Positions 52,101-61,100 of a DNA stretch of 64,000 nucleotides are shown one piece after another (position 1 is the stretch's first letter; the number at the start of each line of letters is the position of its first letter). Source of the DNA: Squalus acanthias (taxonomy: Eukaryota); NCBI GenBank assembly GCA_030390025.1, contig CM059438.1, forward strand, positions 15,562,001-15,626,000. The letters run 5' to 3'. The notes under the pieces are model-generated. The model did no database searches and was not told the origin of the DNA. It saw only the letters and a program-made list of their open reading frames with translations. Made by a program: the position numbers and the translations under genes.

Positions 52101-55100
52101 AGCACAGTGATGTAGTAATAAATCTATAATAACTGGTAGAATACAATTATCTGTTAAGACATCTGTAGACTGAATCACTGACCTAAAAACCTTTACAGAT
52201 TGATTGCACTGTCCTCTTATTTTGTTAGCCGCAGTCCACAGATTTCACACAGTATGACAGCTACAGCGACGTAAGCGAAGGTGTCAGAGGTAGGAATGTC
52301 TTTCACCTTGTGTTTCTGTTCCGTTTATAAAATATGTATAAACTCAGTCGCACTTCTCTTGTGGAAAATGGATCAAGGGCCATGGCCTAATTCTGCTCCA
52401 GGCTTGTGTATGAGTTTCATTAAATCGCTCTGAATGTACCTAAGTTGCCCATAGTAAGTAGATCTGTTGCTATTCCTGTACCTAGTCCCTGTAAATCTAC
52501 AGCAAACGAATGCTGCTACTACAGCAGATAAATGAGTGCATCTGCTGTACGTTGATGTGCTTCAGTGCCTTTGATGTAGGCTGTAGCAGTACGTGGTAAA
52601 CTGCCACTTTATAAAGTAATAACTAACATAAGATTTTTATTTCCATCAGTTACTTCTCTAGGAATTTTACTCTTGCGGAACAAAACTAGTTCATATGAAG
52701 CTCGTAATTATAGTGTAGTGCACATCTATATATTGTCAATTGTCTGATTTATTTAGAAAGTATAAGAAAGCAATGCTGGTATCAAATCCATCTGCTATGA
52801 AATTATATTGGGACCGAAACTGCCGCTCCGCTACCATATAATGACCCGTGTTCCTGAGCCCACCAGAGTATCTAGGGTCAGGACAAGGTCAAGTTGCTTA
52901 AAATGGGTACTTGCCAGGGTGAGGAGATAGGAAAATGCAATGCTTGGATGCCGTGTGCATGAGCAGCTGGTAGGCCAGCTTCATTGGACTCTGGTAGGCC
53001 CAGCTTCATTGGACTCTGGAAGGCCAGCTTCATTGGACTCTGGTAGGCCCAGCTTCATTGGTCTCTGGAAGGCCAGCTTCATTGGACTCTGGTAGGCCCA
53101 GCTTCATTGGACTCTGGAAGGCCCAGCTTCATTGGTCTCTGGTAGGCCCAGCTTCATTGGTCTCTGGTAGGCTCAGCTTCATTGGTCTCTGGTAGGCCAG
53201 CTTCATTGGACTCTGGAAGGCTCAGCTTCATTGGTCTCTGGTAGGCCCAGCTTCATTGGACTCTGGAAGGCCCAGCTTCATTGGACTCTGGTAGGCCCAG
53301 CTTCATTGGACGCTGGAAGGCCCAGCTTCATTGGTCTCTGGTAGGCCCAGCTTCATTGGACTCTGGTAGGCCCAGCTTCATTGGACGCTGGAAGGCCCAG
53401 CTTCATTGGACTCTGGTAGGCCCAGTTTCATTGGACTCTGGTAGACCCAGCTTCATTGGACTCTGGTAGGCCCAGCTTCATTGGACTCTGGTAGACCCAG
53501 CTTCATTGGACTCTGGTAGGCCCAGCTTCATTGGACTCTGGTAGGCCCAGCTTCATTGGACTCTGGAAGGCCCAGCTTCATTGGTCTCTGGTAGGCCCAG
53601 CTTCATTGGACTCTGGTAGGCCCAGCTTCATTGGACTCTGGTAGGCCCAGCTTCATTGGTCTCTGGTAGACCCAGCTTCATTGGACTCTGGTAGGCCCAG
53701 CTTCATTGGACTCTGGTAGGCCCAGCTTCATTGGACTCTGGAAGGCCCAGCTTCATTGGTCTCTGGTAGGCCCAGCTTCATTGGACTCTGGTAGACCCAG
53801 CTTCATTGGACTCTGGTAGGCCCAGCTTCATTGGACTCTGGTAGGCCCAGCTTCATTGGACTCTGGTAGGCCCAGTTTCATTGGACTCTGGTAGGCCCAG
53901 CTTCATTGGACTCTGGTAGGCCCAGTTTCATTGGACTCTGGTAGGCCGTTTCATTGGACTCTGGTAGGCCCAGCTTCATTGGACCCTGGTCCCTGTTAAT
54001 CAGCCCCCTTTTTAAGAGGTCCAATTTAAACTTTGGGTGTTTTCCAGGCCACAAGTCCAGCCTGGCCATCATTTCCATGGCTCTTTTGACCTGGACACCA
54101 GTATCTTACTGCTGTGCAGCTTTCTCAGGGCAAAGGAGATGGAGACAGTGAGAGTTCCAGTGGGTGACACCATCCTGCCCAGCCCTGCCGAGCCTGCCTC
54201 CTCACAAATGTTAGGCCATCATTGTGAAAGATGAAACTTCTGTCTGCCCTTGGCCCCTAACCTGTTGTTAAAGCTGAGCTGGTTCAGTATCCAACTGGGA
54301 AGGTGCTTGGTAATTATAAGGATAAGTAAATAGGGACATGATTAAATATCCCATGGGGCTTGATGGTTCCTATGCTGTGAGGCAGGGTGGAATGTTACCT
54401 GAAGGACAGGAAGCCAGGGTTGAATAATGAAAATTGAGGATGAGTGAATTTTCTTGGTCATGTTTGGAGTACAATGAGTTTTTACGCATAACTTTCCCTC
54501 AAGATTCAATCGGTGCGTTAGAATCTATGGAGGTCTGGGGAAGAAGTGGACTTGATGGGGCTGAATAGTCATTTCCTGTTCCATGCTCTATCATCTTCCT
54601 GAACAACCGGGTCCCAGATTTTTAGCATCTGGCACTCCATAATTGATTGCTTACCAATATCTTACTGCCTTACTTTCCCTCCAACCTTTCAAGAAAGTGC
54701 TTTTTGCTTGGTGCTGCCCCAGATATCAAAGTCCCACCCTTCCAGCAGCGTGCTGTGCCTCACATTGTTCCAATGAAAATGTTATTATGTTTTCTGAAAC
54801 AAATGGATTTCATTAACATTCCTGGTTTTCACATAGTTCTCACTGACTTATAAATTCCTATAGTTTAGGTCGTGATTGCTTCTGGGTTTTAATTTATGCC
54901 CAGCCCATTTTCATACAATTGCCTTTTTAAAGTTTGTTGCTTGCGACTTTCAGGAAAAATCTCAAAAGAATTAGCATTACGTGCCATTTTATCCTTGAAG
55001 CGTGTGTCAGAGGCTGTAGCTGTAATTCCCAGGAATGCCCTGTGAGAGCCTCAGAGCTCCTCTTATTAATACAGTTTGGCACTGCCACCTAGCAGCTGGA

Positions 55101-58100
55101 AGCAGAACAGACAGTGGCTGCTGCTCATTGTTGCAGGAAATTAGAATAGCCGCATTCTCAGCTAGGCAGACGTGGGAGAGGAATAAAATCAGCCAGGATT
55201 CCTGCCCTTGGTCACTATTCAGTGATGTCGATCTCGGAGTGATTTCGGAGCAGCTGCTCCGAAAGCTTGTGATTTCAAATAAAACTGTTAGACTATAACC
55301 TGGTGTTGTGCGACTTCTCACTATTCAGTGAGTCCTTGTTGGAAAGTACATATTTGTAGATCTTGGTTGAGGACCGGATTAAGGTTGGCTGTGATAACCC
55401 TCGGCTCGAATAGCTCACCAGTACTCGTTATCTGGACTCGCAGATCAATCATTGAAATCGGGCTCTTTGAAAACATGTGTGCAAATGCTTAATCCGTTTG
55501 TATGAAATGTCTTTGTCTGTTCTTTGAATGTGGGTGTTAAACTGTTTATTTTCAATGAGTTAACACCCCCATTAAGAAATAAACAGAGGAATTTCATGTG
55601 AATTAATTAGTCAGCACTTTAGGGGTGGGGGGGGAGGGTAGAGGAGAAAATAGGGAACACTGGAAAAGCAAAATGAGGTCCAGTATCGCTTAAGGAACTT
55701 ATCAGTTAATAAACACAAGTTTATTTTAGGAACTATTACAACCTTAAAAATTAACAAACATGCCTGAACCTTATTTTACTGGACTGCAAATTGATGAATA
55801 AGATGGATGTGACTATGACTGATCCAATTTTGTTTTCGGGATACAAACATTTTGTTCTGAAGAAAAGATAAGAGCTTTATCAAAATGACTCCGGCACAGG
55901 CAGGGGTGACAGCTGAGTAGAGGTGGAGTGCTTACATCTGAACCAGATGGCCCCCGGCTCAGAACTGCCTGTGAACTGTATGCGGCTCGGAATCTTTTTC
56001 CGCCCTTGGTCTGACTGGTTGGCAGAGTGCCTGGCAGAAGTGGGCGTTGATAAGCTGGCGTGGCTTCCTTATCCCTGCTATAGCCTGCTGGTTGGGTATG
56101 GAGCAGTATTGATAGTGATTGTGGTAGGAAACTCTGTGCACACCACCCATCCTATTATAGATGGAGACATATATAGAGACAGGTAGATCCTTGCTAGCAG
56201 AACTGAGTCAGTGTAATGTATGCATGTGTACGTTTTTATCAGGATAATTAGAGAAAAAGTAATAACGTGTATAAAAGTGTGCTGCTGATGAACACCAAAG
56301 TAATCATTTTCTTTTTCTGTTTTTCAGAAACCCTGGTACGTTGGTGTCATTAGGAACTTCAAAAATCAATTGACCACAAAAGGGAAAAGGCTAACTTTTT
56401 GCATGTCCTAATGTTTCTTAATTACAATGTTTTTTGCGGCTAAAGAGATGCATAAACTAACGTAATAAATATGGTTTAATATGATCTAGATACCAGTCTA
56501 GGATGTTTTGCAATGATGCTCAGCATAGTTATTTTGGAATGAAATTCAAAGCATTTTTATTTTCCTCAGGGCATTTTAGTTACAAGTGAGAGACGACTGA
56601 TGTGTACATATTTTTAGTAAAATATATTAAGCACGAGTCAACCGTATTATCAAAATATATAACTATTTTTCAAATTTAGTAACTGAACCTGTATTTTAAT
56701 GTTTTATTTGAGTAATGATATACGAATGCCCGCAGGCCTACCACATGGCGACTAGGCCGGGATAAGGGTGAAGCTTGAGTCTGTCAGTCTTATTTGTAGT
56801 TCTTCCTCAAATTGACAGTCCAAACACACACAGTCAGTACAGTTTCTTAAAAAAAAATTACGCCATAACGTTTTTCATTTTTTTTAAACTTTGGATTTTA
56901 GCCCATAATTTTGTGCATACCTTTTGCTACTCTTAAAAACAAACGCTGTCATAGTAGACCAGCTGCCCCTGCAGTTGACTCCATGTGACATCACACCCTG
57001 GTTATTCTCAGTATACAGTATTCAAATGAGGTATGTTTGAATTTGCACTGTGTTCAGAAGGCTAGCCTTTTTGATGGGGGAAAGGGGAATCATATGAATT
57101 AACCGCACCAAATTTGTTGAGTTTACCCAAGGGTTTCTGAAAAATATCCCATTTTTGTCCCTGAAAGATGTTCATACAATTGAAGTTATTGGCCCAGAAA
57201 TTAGACTTCGATGGTTGCCGCGGGGGTAAGGATCCGGCGCGATCTTACCTACCGCACCTGCCTTTATGGTTCGGGCCCACACGAATTTCTGGTCCTGGGC
57301 CTCTCCCTGGTGCCGGCGCGCAGTGTGTGCGTGTCCCAGAGGCGCAGTTAGTTCGATGCGACCTCTGGGATCACGTGGGCCAGTTAGAGCCAATGGCAGC
57401 ACACCATCTTTCATTCATAGTTTTGACAGGAACTGTCAAAACTATGAATACAACTTGCCCCCAAAAGAACAGCTAAACCTCAATTAAATTTAAAAAAAAC
57501 ATCACATTAATAAAATAACTATAGTTAAATAAATTAACCACTTTAAACAAAAATTAAAATTTTTGAAAAAATTTAAATTCTTTTTAAAAGTTATAAAAAT
57601 AAACTTACCTTTCTTTAAAGTCTCTAAAAAAGATAAACCTGTTGAAAAAAATTAAAATAATACTTAATTAACTACTTACCTTGTTAAAAGGGGGTCTTAC
57701 GCCTCCTTTTTTCATGTGTAAAATCTTCCATACTTACCCTCGCGTTCAAACCTGAAAAAAAACCTAAGTGTGCTGCGTGCACACAGCCTCTAGTGCGCAC
57801 GCGGTTCACTTAGGAACCGCCCCCTTCGCAATATCGGAAGTGCCGGTTTCCCGCGCATGCGCAGTGCATGCAGGAAACCGGCACTTCGGGACCGAATACG
57901 GGTGAGTACACAGTGCGTACTCTCCCGTATTCGGCCGAATTTCTGGGCCAACATTTTCTTTGATGTCAACATAAGGCATAATGGAGACTTGGTGGTAATA
58001 ACCAAGGGGTTTGGATTGCATCGGAGGGTTCATTTATACTGCAATTGCAGAACAGTGCAAAACAGCTTCACTTCACAATGATGCTACAGTTATACTGTAA

Positions 58101-61100
58101 ATGCAGCCGAAATCCAAAGCAACTTCCATCTTACCTGTTATTATCTATAATATAGCAATTCTGACAGTGCCATTTTAATTAATAAATACAATAAAGTATC
58201 AGTTAATCTCTCAACGATGTACCTGATGTGAAAGACTGAAATAATTACATAGAATAATGCTAGGTTAATCATTTCTTTGTTCTGCGTCAAAATTGGAGTA
58301 AGAATATGTGTTATCTATGTTTGTTTTGCAATGTTTATCTTGTACCAAATGATCCTTAGTTCCCTGAAGTTTAATATAATTCTGTATCAATATAGTGACG
58401 CATGCATCTTGAACTTGTGTAACAGACATACCATCTTTATCTCTCTCTCTATCTCACAGCCCACACAGGAGGGAACTGTGCAAGGAACAAGGATGGACAG
58501 GGGAGTTTCAATGCCTAACATGCTGGAGCCAAAGGCAAGTCTACAGAAATCAGCTTTCACTGAAAGTATGGGGAAGAATAAAAAATATTGATACTGTTGA
58601 TGAGCTTGAATTTCCGTGACTGAGGTTACTCGGGATATTCTCAAAAATGAGGGGTTAGTTATTGGCTATGAAAATTCTTATGTTACAGTGGGGTACGGGA
58701 TAGGGTTATGGGAGGCCGAATGCCTCCATCGCACGATTTTGAAATTTGTTGCAACAGAAATCCAATGTTTCCGACTTTACTTCAGAATTCAGCTGCTCTT
58801 GAAGGTGTACAAGAGCAACTGGGATAACTTCCCATCCAGTTTTTCGTTCTTCCTGTGGAGAAATTGTGTAGCCTCTGCTCAGCACCTCCCCTGATATCAC
58901 GGGCAAGATTGCAAACTTAAAACTGTATTGTCAGTCATGAGCATGAGCCCACATCCTCCCATTGTGTTGGCATATCAGTGTACCGCACCACCATGCCACC
59001 CTTTCTAGTGGTAGGTTTGCTAGATTTGTGCATCACTTTTAGAAATAGCTGTTTGTTTTTCCCTCACAACTGGCAGGGAATGAGTGAGGACAAACTGGTC
59101 TGCAAGGGGAGAAAACCTGTTGAAAATAGAGTAGTAAAATTAATTTGAAAGCAAATAAATAGGCAAAAAATTGGCAGACTTACAGTGATGGCCTGACAAC
59201 TTAGTAGTTATTATGCTTATCTCCTATTAGTGTAGATACTAATAAGTCAAGACCCGGAATCACATTAATGTACAATTAAATTTGTCAGCTTTCAGATGGG
59301 TGGCTAGGTAGCTGGGACACTTCATGAACGTTATCTGTTTACCCCACTATTGAATGCAGTGCATCCCTGGTATTAGTACTCCTATTGCTGTCACCTGGAA
59401 TCTCCCAGATGCAAACAAATTTGTCCAAAAAGGCAGCCTTGACTGTGGGGATGGGGAATTGGGGGTGGATGGAAAGCAAATGCACCCATTGCCAGCCTCT
59501 TGAATTTCCTACTGTTGTGTCATTCTGTCCCATTCACTTCAACTAGCCCAGGTGGCTGTCCAAGTCTCGGCAATGGATATCTGTAGGTAAGATCAGGAAC
59601 CATTTTCCAATGCTTCCCTCCCTTTTGAGATGGCAAATTGTACTGATCTCACATTAAGAACTGGCAAGACTTGCCCAATAAGAGCAAGTTAGTTTGAATT
59701 TTAATCAAGGTTAATATTTGAATTCATAGCCCTTTGGTTAGGAAGACAGCACTCTACCCCACTGAAACTGTGAAGTTAAACAATTACATCGCTTGCTTTC
59801 GTGCAATAGGGAATCAGATCATCGAACTGACTCCTAAATGATATTGCCACTTTTGCATTGATGCAAAGCAGTTCTGTGCACATTAACCCAGAGGTGGCAG
59901 TATAACTTGGGAGTAGGCTTGCCGATCTGACTCCCAAGCACAATGAAGAGAGAGATAATGAGATCCCCTCTAATATGTAGTCCCACACTGCTTGGGGTTT
60001 GTAATAGGGCCAGCGCAAAGCCATATTTGAAGAGTGTCCTGGGAATCGTACAAAAAAAAACTTCTCAATGTTTTTAATATTAGCACAAAGTTGATACTGC
60101 TCTCCTAACGTTATTAGCGAACTGCCGGAGAAGCAGATCTCCTTGCAGACATCCGAACACACATGCACAGAGCTCCTTGTCACCAAATTCAGTGTGAGGT
60201 GCGGCTGGCAGTATGACTTATGCCTTCTAGCTGATCATTGCACTCTACAGTTACTGGTCTGTGTCTGTGGCTTAACTGCAGGCATCACCTTTCAAACCCT
60301 GACTCTGCTAAACACTAACGTTAGGTGGAACTGGGTATTCCCAGAAAGTTAGCAGATGATGTTTCTTTAAAAACTGTAGGGAGCACAGTTAGAAAGGGGA
60401 ACTTGCTTGAGTTGAATGCTGTGTAATTCCTAAACTGATTCAAAAGTCTCTTCAGTCGAGGAAATATAATGCCACATTTTATTTATATTCAATGGTTTTT
60501 AATTCATTTTACAGCTGAATGTATGCATTGTATTTTACTGCAGCCCTTCCCAATAAATTGCGCTGGCTCTGGTATCTGCATTCATTTGTTGAGCCTTGTT
60601 AGTATAGTGTCATAGCTTATAGATTATAATGATTAGGTCTGAAAAAGATGTTTGCTATATGTACTTGATGGGGATGAGTAGATCATGTTGAATTTCCCTT
60701 ACTGACATCATTTTTCTTCCACTGCACAGATTTACCCTTATCAGGTGCTTTCAGTGACCAGCAGAGGACGCAGCAAATTACCAAGAGATGTAGACAGAAC
60801 AAGACTGGAGGTGAGAGCACAGTCTACCCATGAAAGACTTGGGAAATAAAGCGTGTTAACTGGGACTTGGGAAAAGCATCTGATCCTAGACTAATAAACT
60901 CTCCTGGCATGTAAAGCTCCGTCTTTCAAACCTGTGACCACCTGGATGAAAAGCAACTTGTGCTACTGGAATCTTTGAAGAAAGAATCTAAGGGTGGTAC
61001 AGTGCGAGGGGTGGGTGCAGTTTCACGTCCTCAGTTCTCCACATTTGAGTTTCATATCAGGGTGAGGTACTAAGTGTTCGATATCACAAAGATAGGTACA

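Noticed and set aside
52967-53989. CRISPR array
   Set aside because: Units are head to tail with no unique spacers, there are no cas genes, and the context is a vertebrate intron
58277-58591. 104-aa single-exon gene
   Set aside because: Only 58460-58534 is coding; the rest is intron read in frame
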